DNA of 64,000 nucleotides from Planctomycetota bacterium (GCA_016792805.1 JAEUHX010000087.1:76955-140954); one strand, 5' to 3'. Shown: positions 9,449 to 19,055, counted from the stretch's first letter. Made by a program: numbers and translations. The notes: generated by a model from the letters alone, not told the origin.

Positions 9449-9816
9449 GGCCCGTCGGCGCCCCCCGGCGCATCGGTGCCAACGGCCTCGTGTACCCAGG
9501 CGGCATAAGCCCCGTTCAGCGCAATCGCATCGCCTGCCACAATCTCCGGGACCGCATAGGGATGGAGTGTCCGCAACCGCTGTGCGAGCCCCGACGCGCG
9601 GTCCGCCGTGGTCTTGAGCAGCAGCAGCACCTCGGTCGACTCCTCGAGCTTTCCTTGCCAGACATAGAAGCTTCGAGCCCCCGGAATGCAGGTCCCGCAG
9701 GCCGCCCACCGCTCGCGCACGAGCTGCTGGGCCACTTCCGCCGCCTTCTCCTCTCGATCGAATGTCGTGAGCACCACGGTGATTCGCGGCTCGGAAGCAG
9801 TTCCTGCAGTCGGCAT
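9445..9816 (-). CDS. cutA: Divalent-cation tolerance protein CutA
   Basis: 123 aa. Contains WAACGTCIPGARSFYVWQGKLEES...LLLLKTT...LHPYAVPEI, which matches the CutA1 signature. Confidence 0.85.
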   Translation of the reverse strand: MPTAGTASEPRITVVLTTFDREEKAAEVAQQLVRERWAACGTCIPGARSFYVWQGKLEESTEVLLLLKTTADRASGLAQRLRTLHPYAVPEIVAGDAIALNGAYAAWVHEAVGTDAPGGADGP

Positions 9817-9840
9817 ATCCGCAGGGTATCAGCGGCAGCC

Positions 9841-9939
9841 GCTCGGCAAGAAATCGCTCTGCCGGCCCACCCGGCTGGCACCCGCCGAGCCGTGAGCCGG
9901 CATGGCCGCCCGCCGCCGGGCGCCGGTATCTTGCCGAGC
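9841..9939. promoter_or_regulatory. 11-bp perfect inverted repeat (GCTCGGCAAGA / TCTTGCCGAGC) in the cutA/proline-dehydrogenase divergent region
   Basis: GCTCGGCAAGA at 9841-9851 and its exact reverse complement at 9929-9939. GGTATC lies upstream of the left arm (9825-9830) and overlaps the 5' end of the right arm (9925-9930). The right arm ends 6 nt before the ATG at 9945. Confidence 0.3.
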
Positions 9940-9944
9940 CCAAG

Positions 9945-10862
9945 ATGAAACTCTTCGATCGGGCAGTCGTCGGACTGCTGCCGCTCATCCCCAAGCCGGT
10001 CGTTCGAAAAATCGCCGATCGCTACATCGCCGGTGAAACGCTGGACGAGGCGGCGCGCACGGTGCGACGGCTGAACGAAGTCGGCTGCGAGGCGACCGTC
10101 GACGTGTTGGGAGAGTTCATTACAGATTTCCGCGAAGCCGAGGAAACGGCGGCCGCCTATCACGACGTGCTCGACCGGATCCGGCAGGACAAGCTGCGAT
10201 CCAACGTCTCCATCAAGCTCACCGCATTTGGACTGAGTCTCGACGGAGCGAAGTGCTACGCGCTGGTCAAGAAGCTCGTGGGCCACGCGCGAGAACTTGG
10301 AAACTTCGTGCGGATCGACATGGAGGATTCGCCGGTCACTACGCAGACGCTCGATTTGTATCGTCAGCTTCGGCGCGACGGCTTCGAGAACGTGGGCGTC
10401 GTGATTCAAGCCTATCTGAGGCGGAGCCCCAACGATGTTCGCGAGCTCCTTTCGGGGGAGCTGACACGCGGCACGTCGTTCCGATTGTGTAAAGGCATTT
10501 ATGTGGAGCCGCCGGAGATCGCATTCAAGGATCGCGAAGAGATCCGCAATGCCTATAAATCAGTGCTTCGGCAGATGTTTCGCGAGGGTTCTCGGCGCGT
10601 CGGCATTGCAACGCACGACCCTCCCCTGATCGAGGACGCTCGAAGCCTGCTGCGGGAGCAACAGATCCCCAAGGAGCGATACGAGTTCCAAATGCTGCTC
10701 GGCGTCGCCCCCGCCTGGCGAAAGCGGCTCGTCGAGGAAGGCCACACCGTGCGCATTTATGTGCCTTTCGGAAAATCTTGGTATGGCTATAGCGTCCGCC
10801 GCCTGAAGGAGAACCCGAGCATCGCCGGATATGTAGCCAAGGCGATGATCGGCCTCGGCTAG
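9945..10862 (+). CDS. Proline dehydrogenase (monofunctional PRODH)
   Basis: 305 aa. Contains DVLGEF, SIKLTAFG, VRIDMEDS, IQAYLRRS, RLCKGIY, GIATHD and YEFQMLLGV...YVPFG...YSVRRLKENP, which are collinear with PutA-type PRODH domains. Confidence 0.85.
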   Translation: MKLFDRAVVGLLPLIPKPVVRKIADRYIAGETLDEAARTVRRLNEVGCEATVDVLGEFITDFREAEETAAAYHDVLDRIRQDKLRSNVSIKLTAFGLSLDGAKCYALVKKLVGHARELGNFVRIDMEDSPVTTQTLDLYRQLRRDGFENVGVVIQAYLRRSPNDVRELLSGELTRGTSFRLCKGIYVEPPEIAFKDREEIRNAYKSVLRQMFREGSRRVGIATHDPPLIEDARSLLREQQIPKERYEFQMLLGVAPAWRKRLVEEGHTVRIYVPFGKSWYGYSVRRLKENPSIAGYVAKAMIGLG

Positions 10863-10863
10863 C

Positions 10864-10882
10864 AGGACGTTTGGAACGTCCT
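10864..10882. terminator. 8-bp hairpin between convergent genes (weak bidirectional terminator candidate)
   Basis: AGGACGTT-TGG-AACGTCCT lies immediately after the PRODH stop codon. No clear T-tract. Confidence 0.25.
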
Positions 10883-10965
10883 CCTAGCGCCGACCCCACT
10901 TATCGACTGGGGAGTTGCTCGCACGCGCCGATGATTTGTGCGTCAGGCGCTTGCGGAACAGGGGG

Positions 10966-11724
10966 TCAGCGCCCGATCGCGAGGCGACGGGCCAGCACTT
11001 CGTCGAGCCCTGGCGTCGCTCGGATCTTCGCCATCGTCGCGTTGAAATCGTAGGGAACGCGAAACCAACGCATCCGGCTTCCATCGAGAACCGCGAAGCA
11101 GGCGCGGGGATCGCCGTCTCGCGGCTGACCGACGCTTCCGACATTCACCAGCACCTGCTCACCTTCGGGGAGGTCGACCCAGGCGTCACCTTCGGGAGGC
11201 ACTTCGAACCGAAGATTGCGCCGGAAGACACCCGGCTGGTGCGTGTGGCCCACGAAGCAGGCCCCCTCATACGTTCGGAAGATCGCCTCGAGCTTCTCGG
11301 GATTCAGAAATCCATCTGTTGCAAGCACATATTCGCGCACGGGATCACGCGGCGAGGCGTGCACAAAAAGGTAGCGCCCGACGCGGTGCGTCGTCGGGAG
11401 CGAACGCAAGAATTCCCAGCGCGCCCGCTTCGTCCCCGTCGAGAGAATTCCGGGCTTCAAGCGCCGAACTGTAAACTCGATTGCTCCGCGCGCGTGAGGA
11501 TTGAAATCCTGGGCGCCGTTGAAAAGCGCCTCATCGTGGTTTCCGAGAAGACACACCTCACAGCGTTCGCGGACCTTGTCGACGCAGTACTCGGGCTCCG
11601 GCCCATAGCCGACCACGTCGCCGAGACAATACACTTTTTCGATTCCCGGCAGCCGGTCAATGACGGCGAAGACGGCGTCGAGCGCTTCGCGATTGGAGTG
11701 CAGGTCGGAGATCAGTGCGATCAC
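10966..11724 (-). CDS. Metallophosphoesterase (calcineurin-like, YfcE/MPP family)
   Basis: 252 aa with a GTG start. Motifs SDLHSN, LGDVVGYG, GNHD and GHTH...VNVGSVGQPRDGD. Confidence 0.8.
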   Translation of the reverse strand: MIALISDLHSNREALDAVFAVIDRLPGIEKVYCLGDVVGYGPEPEYCVDKVRERCEVCLLGNHDEALFNGAQDFNPHARGAIEFTVRRLKPGILSTGTKRARWEFLRSLPTTHRVGRYLFVHASPRDPVREYVLATDGFLNPEKLEAIFRTYEGACFVGHTHQPGVFRRNLRFEVPPEGDAWVDLPEGEQVLVNVGSVGQPRDGDPRACFAVLDGSRMRWFRVPYDFNATMAKIRATPGLDEVLARRLAIGR

Positions 11725-11729
11725 GACTG

Positions 11730-12752
11730 CTACGACGCTGGTCGCCCTTCCACAGTCGCCACGGCGGCGGCCACGACGCGCTGAGTCACGGCTTCCAGCG
11801 TCCCTGCGATGTCGGCCCCCGCTGCTCTGCGATGGCCGCCGCCGCCGAATTGATGAAGCAGCGCATGCACATCGACGGCTCCCTTCGAGCGGGCGGAGAT
11901 TTTCACTCTTCCTGATGCCAACTCCCGAAACAACAAAACGACGTCCACGGCGGCAACCGATCTCAGAATGTCGAGCACGTCGTCAGTCTCGTGGAGTTCG
12001 GCCCCCGCTGCTTCGAGTTCGGATGGGCGAATGACACAGATCGCAATCTTTCCGCCAGCGGCATAACGCATTCCGCGCAGCGCAATTCCGATTCCGGGCG
12101 GGTACTGGGGACTGAATCTCTGGAAAAGCTTATTGTAAATCTCCGAGGGATCGACTCCCGCAGCAACGAGTTCCCCAGCGACGTGGAACGCTTCCCGATC
12201 CGTATTGCTATATTTGAACCAGCCAGTGTCCGTCGTCAGGGAAATGAAGACGCCCTCGAGGGCGGCCTTCGGGAGCGCGATGCCGAGCGCCTTCGCGACT
12301 CGGTAGATCAGTACCCCCGTCGCCGACGCCTTTGAGTCGATGTAGGAGAAATGGAATCCCGGACCCGCGACCGGCTGGTGATGGTCGAATACACATGTAG
12401 TCGCCCGATCTTCTCGAATTTGTGCAGCGATCGGACCTGTACGGTCGAGCGTCGCCACATCGAGGACGCACGCCACGTCGAAACGCTCCGTGCCGCCCCT
12501 CGGCTGGTCAGCTCTCCAGTGGCTATAGGGCGCCATCTCCAGGAGAAAGGCGTAGCGCTCGGAAAGCGGATCGGGATTCACAATTGCGACCTTTTTGCCG
12601 AGCGCCGCGAGCACATGAAAGAGCGCGCACTCCGCCCCCAGGCAATCGCCGTCGGGTCTGACATGCCCTGTCAGGAGAAACCGGTCGCGAGAGCGCAACA
12701 GCTCTACGATTGGGGTCAGATCCGGGGCGGATGCGTCGCGTTCGAGTTCCAC
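11730..12752 (-). CDS. nrnA: DHH/DHHA1 phosphoesterase, NrnA-like (oligoribonuclease / pAp phosphatase)
   Basis: 340 aa. Motifs LLTGHVRPDGDCLG, DHH, TDTGWFKYSNT and GGGGHRRAAG. Confidence 0.85.
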   Translation of the reverse strand: MELERDASAPDLTPIVELLRSRDRFLLTGHVRPDGDCLGAECALFHVLAALGKKVAIVNPDPLSERYAFLLEMAPYSHWRADQPRGGTERFDVACVLDVATLDRTGPIAAQIREDRATTCVFDHHQPVAGPGFHFSYIDSKASATGVLIYRVAKALGIALPKAALEGVFISLTTDTGWFKYSNTDREAFHVAGELVAAGVDPSEIYNKLFQRFSPQYPPGIGIALRGMRYAAGGKIAICVIRPSELEAAGAELHETDDVLDILRSVAAVDVVLLFRELASGRVKISARSKGAVDVHALLHQFGGGGHRRAAGADIAGTLEAVTQRVVAAAVATVEGRPAS

Positions 12753-12965
12753 GAGGGCTGGAGTGAGGATGGCCTTACGATCTCAGAGGGCAAGCTTCAA
12801 AACGGCGATTCCGATCCCCCAGAAGCCCATGCGGGCTCGGCGGGCGGTCGAGAGGAGACATCGCTGTCACAGTGTGGACTCAGCGGCGCTTGTCGCGGCC
12901 AGGATCGCCGCGAATGGAGCGAGAATTGTGAGCCTGTGGGCCATGGGAGACAGGATGTTCGGCCG

Positions 12966-14171
12966 CTAGCGATCCACGCCCGACCAACCGTCGGCTGCAA
13001 GCCACGTCCCAGCCACCGGCGGGTGGGAACAGAGAAGCTCGCAGATCCAGGCATGCCGGGACCGGGCCGTCAGGTTTCGAGGCACGTGGCTCCTGAGAAG
13101 GACGAAATCGGCCGCGGCCCCGGGCAGGAGGTGGCCTGCTTCGGGGCGCCCCAGTGCCCGGGCTCCCTCCTCCAGCGCCGCCTTCACGATGGCGCGAGGC
13201 GAAAGCCATGGATCGCTCTGCGTCATCAGCCGCATCTCGTGAAGGATGCTGAGGTCGGAATTGGAGGCGAGCGAGTCGACGCCCAGGGCGAAGGGAAGGC
13301 CGGCTCGAACCCACCTCCGAAGGGGCGTTTCGCCCCGGCGGAAGTAGCGGTGCGTTCCAGGGCAGTGAACGGCTCGGGCCCGGCTGCGAACGAGCGCCGA
13401 GATCTCCGAGTCGGACAGGCAGTTTCCATGGATGATGAGCGTGTTTCGGCGAAGGAGCCCGGTGCGGCGAAGCCAGGTCAACGGCGTCGACCGGCGCCAA
13501 GGCATCGCGGGGCGCCTATTTCGAGCTCGAAGCAGCTCTTCGACGGGGCCATCGCCATGGGAGAGCCAGCGGCGCTCCTCTTCGGTCTCGGCGAGGTGAA
13601 CGGAGACGGGAACGCCGGCGGCTGCTGCCTGCTTCGCCGCCTGCTCGACAACGGTGTAAGGCGCATGGGGTGCGAGGCCGGCCCGCACGCGCGCGGAGTT
13701 CCTCCCCGGGGCGGGCGGTTCGGAGCCCGGCTCGAAAGCGAAGAATTCGCGGAAAGCGCAGCCGCGAAGGCCCGCCGCGCGGAGTGCAGCCGCACCCGAG
13801 CCGTCGGGATCGTGGTCGCCGACACACGTTACTCCAGAGCGGCGAAGGCGGCGCACACCGGAGGCTGGGCCGTTCTGTGTCCTCCCGGGCGCGGCAAGAA
13901 GTTCAGTAATCCATCCCGTGAAGGACCTCGACTCCCGCAGCGGCTTCTTCAAATGTGAGAACGCCAGGTGGGTATGCGCACTTACAAAACCGGGAACGAG
14001 CACGCCGTCAGGAAGCTCAACCGCGAGCGCCTCCTTCGGCAGCTTCGGCTCAAAGCCCAAAACTCGGCCGCCTCGGTAGAGAAGGTAGCCTTCGCCGCGA
14101 GACTCCTCCGACGAAAGAAGCGCGAGCCTACAAAAAACTGCGCGCGTCCGCGCCGAGCTTTTTGTTGCCAT
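12966..14171 (-). CDS. Amidohydrolase-superfamily deaminase/chlorohydrolase-like enzyme
   Basis: ORF 12966..14360. ATG at 14171 lies downstream of the upstream stop at 14219. Motifs PGFVSAHTHL, VHLAETEEE, IIHGNCL and GVDSLASN. Confidence 0.75.
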   Translation of the reverse strand: MATKSSARTRAVFCRLALLSSEESRGEGYLLYRGGRVLGFEPKLPKEALAVELPDGVLVPGFVSAHTHLAFSHLKKPLRESRSFTGWITELLAAPGRTQNGPASGVRRLRRSGVTCVGDHDPDGSGAAALRAAGLRGCAFREFFAFEPGSEPPAPGRNSARVRAGLAPHAPYTVVEQAAKQAAAAGVPVSVHLAETEEERRWLSHGDGPVEELLRARNRRPAMPWRRSTPLTWLRRTGLLRRNTLIIHGNCLSDSEISALVRSRARAVHCPGTHRYFRRGETPLRRWVRAGLPFALGVDSLASNSDLSILHEMRLMTQSDPWLSPRAIVKAALEEGARALGRPEAGHLLPGAAADFVLLRSHVPRNLTARSRHAWICELLCSHPPVAGTWLAADGWSGVDR

Positions 14172-14218
14172 CGCTCGACGAGAACGCGCGCAGTTTCTGG
14201 GAGTTCTTCCGCGGAGGG

Positions 14219-17200
14219 CTAGCCGCCGAAAGCGTCGATCTCCAGCTTCTCGATCGAGAGGAAACTCGGGTTCGCGAGTTGCGCCGGGCGCGAGAACAGA
14301 ATCACCGCACGGACGAACTTCGGGCTCGAGATCGAGAGATCTGTAAGCCTCTGCGACCACACCGTTCGAGAGTTCGGATCCTCCTGGCCCTGCGAGTTGG
14401 CGCGGGAGCCCTGGAAGAAGACCTGGAACGGCAGCGGGCCGCCGAGAGCGAACGTCCCGGTCGTGCCATTCAGCACATCATTATTGGCTGCGTCGTCCTG
14501 CACGAGAATCTTGTCACCCGTGGTGGTCTTGATCGTCAGCCGATAGCGCAGGAGCGTGTTGAATGAAGTATTGAGGTCGATCTTATAAAAAATCGACTGG
14601 GCGCCGCTGAAATCCGTCACCGTGTTGGGGTTGCTCACCTGGCCGTTGCTGTTGATGCCGCTGAACGGCGTCGGGTCGAGAATCGCGCTCGAGGCCGGAG
14701 TGATTCCGTTGGGATTCGGAACGGGGGAGCCTGTGCCCACCTGGACGAATGCTCGACCGTTGCCACCGTTTCCACCGCGCACGCGCACCGCCTGCCCGCC
14801 GGCTCCCGCCGTTCCGAGCAAGAGCGGAGCTGCGGCGGCAGAAGCGTTCAACGGACGACCGTCACCGCCGAGTCCACCTCGCACCGAGACTGCGCCATTG
14901 ATCAGCGACAGCGTCCCGGGGGTCTGAATGACGAGCGCACCGCCGCCACCGCCGCCACCGGGGGCCATGCTGTGGCCAAAGAAGTTCGAGCTAATCGTGA
15001 GACAGAGCGGGGTCTGGGTATTCGTCGGGTGCGTGTGGTGATCACCGCCATCGCCACCACCGGCATCGATTCCAGCCACGGCGTTTACCGTGATGCCGCG
15101 GCCCGCCTGGAGCTGCATCGCACCGCCGCCGCCACCGCCCGCCGCGCCAACCGACAGGATCGGAGCCACGGTGGTGGGTTGCACCGCGCCATTCCAGGTG
15201 GCGGAGCCGCCGAGCGCAATATTTCCGGCCGTTCCAAAGATGTTGGTTCCGCCGCCGCCGCCACCTGCGGCGCCGCGCAGCAACGCAAAGTTGCCGATGC
15301 CGTCCGCGCCGAAGTTCGGCTGATTGACGAGCTGGCCCTTCGCCCCGGCCGTTCCGACCGGCACGAGCGGATAGACCGCAGCGCCAATGCTGGCGTTCGA
15401 AAGAACCTGGGGCGGGTTCGGCGGTGCGAGCTTCGTCGCGAAGTTCGGCGGAGCGATCAGGCCCGCGCCATTGTTGCAGCTGGCCGTCACAGAGCCGGTG
15501 GTCTCCGTGCACCAACCTCCGGCTGTGCCATCCTCGAAGTGGCTTGCACCACCGCCACCGCCGCTGCCCATCTGGAGGCTCGCGCCGAGCGGGCCACTGA
15601 CGCCGTTCTGGAACTGACCGACGATTCCCTCGCAGAGCGTGTCGTTGTCGACGTTATCGAAGATGAAACCGACGCCAGGAGTCTGGAACACGTTCGAAAA
15701 GATCTCGAAGGGCGTCGTGAGGACGTTGATCACGGGGTTGCCCTTCGTGCCGCCTCCCGGCGTAGCCGGTTGATTGGACACAGTCGATCCGCCCTTGGCC
15801 GCGGTTCCGCTCGACCCATTGAAGGACGTAAAGGCTGCCACGAGCGCATTGAGCTGTGGGCTGCCGGCAACGAGAGGCGTATTGATCGGCAGGTCGCCGC
15901 CATCGCCGCCATCGCCTGCCATGGCCCCGCCGCGGGCGCCGGTCTTCCCGACGATGTACTGCGGGAAGGCAGTCCAGGTGTTGAGCGGATCTCCGCCAGC
16001 CTTCGAAGTGCACGGCGTATTGAATCCTGCGAAGTCAATATTCTGCTGAGCCGTGGGCGATTGCGGAGAGCCATCGAGGCCTCGGACCGACAGCGTCGAA
16101 TTCGCTGCGATCGTGGCTGCGCCGCGGACAAAAATCCGGGCCGGATTGTTTCCTTCGAAACGCACCGTGCGCGATTCCGTGCCGTCTCCAACCTGGAGCG
16201 ACGCGAACTGATAAATACCATCCGAGATCGTCACCTCCGAACCGGCCAGCGACTCTTTGGTGGCAATCGTCAGCGGCGTGCGCTTCACAGTCGCCGTCGA
16301 TACCGCGACGCCGTCCGTTGCGATGGCGCCGAAATTGGCATTGTTAAAATCGTTGGCCGTGCTCGCCACGAAATCGCCATGGGTGCCGGAACCGCCTCCG
16401 ACGCCCGGGACGAGAACGCCGGGATTGGCGGCGCTATTCCACATGTTGGCGCCTGAGCGCTGCGCGTCCTCGCCAAGGTTGTCCCCGAAGTTTTCTGTAA
16501 TGGTAAACGGAGCGCCCACGGAGCTCGTTGTCTTGAACTTCAGAACCTGCCCGCCTGCGAGCGTATTGCCGCCCAGATCCTTGATCAGCGCCGAATTCAT
16601 AACTACCACAATTCGACGCGATCCCGTCGGTCCGGGCCCGGGGAAATCCGTCGGATGCGTGAAGCTGACCGTGGTGGTCTGATTCGTAGAGTTGAAGCTG
16701 ATGTCCCAAGTCCCCTGGATATCGATCTGATCCTGGAAATCAGCAGGTGTGTCGGTTTCTCCGTCGAGATCGACCTTGACCGCCATTGAGTTGCTCGTGC
16801 CCTGGATTTTGTTCACCAACGTCGACGCATCCATGATGTCGTCGAACTCAATCTCGATGGGGGTGTTCACCGGCGCCGCGTTGATCTGCGCCGGAGTCGG
16901 GATCAGGAGCGCCGCGCTCGGGCTGCCCGGCTTCACATCCGCGAGCTGATTTGTAACGATCACATTGGTGTCAACGGCAGCTGTATTGTTCTTGCCGTTG
17001 ACGGAGCGGATCGTGTTGCCCTGCCCTGCTGGAATCCGAATGCGATAGGTGCGGTTCGGGGAGAATCCGTAGATCACGTTGCCGCTCGAATCGAACGACA
17101 CCTCGGGGATGAACGTGACTTTGTTCCCGGCGACCTTGCGAATTCCAGCGGGCTCGCCGCCGCCGCCGCCGCCCGTGTCGACCTCCACAATATTGAGCGT

Positions 17201-17515
17201 CTCCGCGGTGACGGACGACTCAAGCACGGGCGCATTGAAGGTGAACACGATCTGAGTGCTCTGCTGCACCACGTTCGACGCGCCGCCGCAGGGCGCACCG
17301 CCGAGGGAGCAGGAAACGACGGCGAACGAAGTGCTGCCGCCGCCGCTGCCGCCGTTTCCGCCAGTCGTCACGTTGTCATTGTTGAAGAGCGAGGAGCCGC
17401 CGCCGCCGCAGCCCGAGAGGGCTACACAAAGCACGGCGGACGCGAGCGCGGTAACTGCTCTCGATGCGTCCGTCGGCAGGAATCGTTGAACAAGCTCGAA
17501 GGTTCGCTGAGTCAT
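14219..17515 (-). CDS. Giant surface lipoprotein A: SbsA-Ig-like N-terminal domains, glycine-rich beta-helix-like core, conserved C-terminal module
   Basis: ORF 14219..17596, probable start MTQRTF at 17515. Lipobox LSGC is followed by GGGGSSLFN. Contains a Big_5/SbsA-Ig-like segment (IVFTFNAPVLESSVTAETLNIV...TYRIRIP) and poly-Gly motifs such as APGGGGGGGALVIQTPGTLSLINGAVSVRGGLGGDG. Paralogous to 32851-36297. Confidence 0.8.
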   Translation of the reverse strand: MTQRTFELVQRFLPTDASRAVTALASAVLCVALSGCGGGGSSLFNNDNVTTGGNGGSGGGSTSFAVVSCSLGGAPCGGASNVVQQSTQIVFTFNAPVLESSVTAETLNIVEVDTGGGGGGEPAGIRKVAGNKVTFIPEVSFDSSGNVIYGFSPNRTYRIRIPAGQGNTIRSVNGKNNTAAVDTNVIVTNQLADVKPGSPSAALLIPTPAQINAAPVNTPIEIEFDDIMDASTLVNKIQGTSNSMAVKVDLDGETDTPADFQDQIDIQGTWDISFNSTNQTTTVSFTHPTDFPGPGPTGSRRIVVVMNSALIKDLGGNTLAGGQVLKFKTTSSVGAPFTITENFGDNLGEDAQRSGANMWNSAANPGVLVPGVGGGSGTHGDFVASTANDFNNANFGAIATDGVAVSTATVKRTPLTIATKESLAGSEVTISDGIYQFASLQVGDGTESRTVRFEGNNPARIFVRGAATIAANSTLSVRGLDGSPQSPTAQQNIDFAGFNTPCTSKAGGDPLNTWTAFPQYIVGKTGARGGAMAGDGGDGGDLPINTPLVAGSPQLNALVAAFTSFNGSSGTAAKGGSTVSNQPATPGGGTKGNPVINVLTTPFEIFSNVFQTPGVGFIFDNVDNDTLCEGIVGQFQNGVSGPLGASLQMGSGGGGGASHFEDGTAGGWCTETTGSVTASCNNGAGLIAPPNFATKLAPPNPPQVLSNASIGAAVYPLVPVGTAGAKGQLVNQPNFGADGIGNFALLRGAAGGGGGGTNIFGTAGNIALGGSATWNGAVQPTTVAPILSVGAAGGGGGGAMQLQAGRGITVNAVAGIDAGGGDGGDHHTHPTNTQTPLCLTISSNFFGHSMAPGGGGGGGALVIQTPGTLSLINGAVSVRGGLGGDGRPLNASAAAAPLLLGTAGAGGQAVRVRGGNGGNGRAFVQVGTGSPVPNPNGITPASSAILDPTPFSGINSNGQVSNPNTVTDFSGAQSIFYKIDLNTSFNTLLRYRLTIKTTTGDKILVQDDAANNDVLNGTTGTFALGGPLPFQVFFQGSRANSQGQEDPNSRTVWSQRLTDLSISSPKFVRAVILFSRPAQLANPSFLSIEKLEIDAFGG

Positions 17516-18031
17516 CTTGGATCTGGTGCGTAGCGGGTTGGATCCGGGGGTCTTTGAACTGCGATCACCGCCTCGAAAGCTTGATTCCAAGCCCACAAAG
17601 CGATGTGGAGGGCATCAGACAGAGACCTGTCAGACACGGACCAAGGCGGAGTCGAACCCTTGTCCGATCGGTGCGCAGACGTCGCAAAGGCCGGAACAAG
17701 GGGCGGGGATCATAGGAGCGGTGGGCATCTCGCGACAAGGAACGGCGAGGGAAGTTTTCGGAGCCACTCGCGGGCTTATCGCTCGGTCGCGACTATTGGC
17801 ACACGGCGTGCCGGTTACCGTGCTTCTGTTCGCACCCTCACCCTTCCATTCGCCCATCCAAGAAACTGTTCGATCCCGGCTGATTCCTGCGGCTCTGCGC
17901 CATCGGAGGCGCGATGGCGGCACCGCTCCCCCACGCACGCTCAACGCTGGGAGCGGCGTCGGCCCCCGCCGCCGGTTCGGTTCAACTCGATCGTTCCCCA
18001 CAGTGCGAACGCGCACCTCTCCTGAGCATCC

Positions 18032-19042
18032 ATGAACTCGAATCGCTCTGTTCTGCCCCTTCTCACCACGGCGCTGGTCGCCGGCGCGATCGGCTTTGGA
18101 GCCGGCGTGTGGATCGCGACCTCCGGGCATTGGAAGCCGTCGGGTCCTTCGACAGGGACTGGCCCAGCGGTGACGTCGCCGGGAGAGACCAACGGCTCGC
18201 TCCTGCCTGCAATCCCGGAGCTTCGATTCCCCGACGTCGCGACGGCGGTGCGTGCGCATGCCGAGGCCCTGCACAAGCAGTACGGCCCATTCCAGAACGC
18301 CGCCGAATCGAGCCATGCGGCGCAGCTCGTGGTGTTGACGAGGCAGGCGGTGCTTCGCTTCGGCGCGCCCGCCTTTGAAGCGATCACGACCTTCCTGGGG
18401 CCCGCGCCGGGAACGACGAGCGATGGTGGGATTCAGCCCCCGAGAAGCGGAGCCGTCCGGCCGGAGCTGAATCCGGAGGTGCGCGAGGGGCTCGTGAGGA
18501 TCCTGCCGGAGCTCGATCCGGAGCGGGCGGCGCCCGAACTCGCGACGCGCCTCCTCAATGACAACGAGCACGGCCGCGTCCGCGGCAGCGCAGCGGGGCT
18601 CCTTGGAAAGCTCGACCGCAAGATCGCAGTTCCGGCTCTGGTGAAGGCTCTCGATGACGCCTCGACCCACGACTGGGCCGGTTCCCGTGACATTCTCGAC
18701 GGGATACAGCTCCAGGGCGGTCCGGAAGCGGAAGAGATCTTACAAAAAGTTCTGGCGCGTCCGACGACGCCGCTCGAAATGCGCATTCGAGTCTGCGAGT
18801 GCATCGGCGAACTCAAGGTGGCTGCAGCCGTGCCGGCGCTTGCGACGATCATCCGATTCGAAGAGAGCAACCATTACCTGAGGCGAGCCGCAGTCCGGGC
18901 ACTCCTGAAAATTGATCCCGCGCGTGCCGATGCCGCGGCCGAAGCCCAATATCCCGAAGAGCGCGACGAGGGCTTCCGCGCCTGGCTCGCGGAGTACCTC
19001 CGAACGCGCGGGCGGGCCCTGCCGCCGAGCGAGAGAAGATAG
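18032..19042 (+). CDS. Membrane-anchored HEAT-repeat (PBS-lyase HEAT-like) protein
   Basis: 336 aa with an N-terminal hydrophobic span. Repeats of the type RVRGSAAGLLGKL.DRKIAVPALVKALDD and MRIRVCECIGELKVAAAVPALATII...YLRRAAVRALLKI. Confidence 0.7.
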   Translation: MNSNRSVLPLLTTALVAGAIGFGAGVWIATSGHWKPSGPSTGTGPAVTSPGETNGSLLPAIPELRFPDVATAVRAHAEALHKQYGPFQNAAESSHAAQLVVLTRQAVLRFGAPAFEAITTFLGPAPGTTSDGGIQPPRSGAVRPELNPEVREGLVRILPELDPERAAPELATRLLNDNEHGRVRGSAAGLLGKLDRKIAVPALVKALDDASTHDWAGSRDILDGIQLQGGPEAEEILQKVLARPTTPLEMRIRVCECIGELKVAAAVPALATIIRFEESNHYLRRAAVRALLKIDPARADAAAEAQYPEERDEGFRAWLAEYLRTRGRALPPSERR

Positions 19043-19055
19043 GTCGAGCGCGCCT

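Noticed and set aside
7905-9994. N-terminal extensions of the longest ORFs (6462..8288, 7901..9994, 12966..14360, 36511..40128, 32851..36483, 25131..26360, 22337..23704, 28597..29532).
   Set aside because: The extensions overlap the preceding gene, are Arg/Pro-rich, and precede obvious signal peptides or conserved N-termini. Internal ATG or GTG starts give 4-nt overlaps or good Shine-Dalgarno spacing, so I used those.
12870-12944. A 24-codon minus-strand ORF (MAHRLTILAPFAAILAATSAAESTL) in the 213-nt gap between the amidohydrolase and nrnA.
   Set aside because: It has no ribosome-binding site and is too short to evaluate. There is no supporting conservation that I can assess from this window.
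17641-17665. A tRNA-like T-loop motif (GGGTTCGACTCC on the minus strand) in the 516-nt divergent intergenic region 17516-18031.
   Set aside because: With loop TTCGACT the flanking pentamers AAGGG and CCGCC pair at only 2 of 5 positions. I found no acceptor stem, D arm or anticodon arm around it. The sequence instead forms a simple 8-bp bulged hairpin (GGACAAGG...CCTTGGTCC). It is not a tRNA or a tmRNA end.
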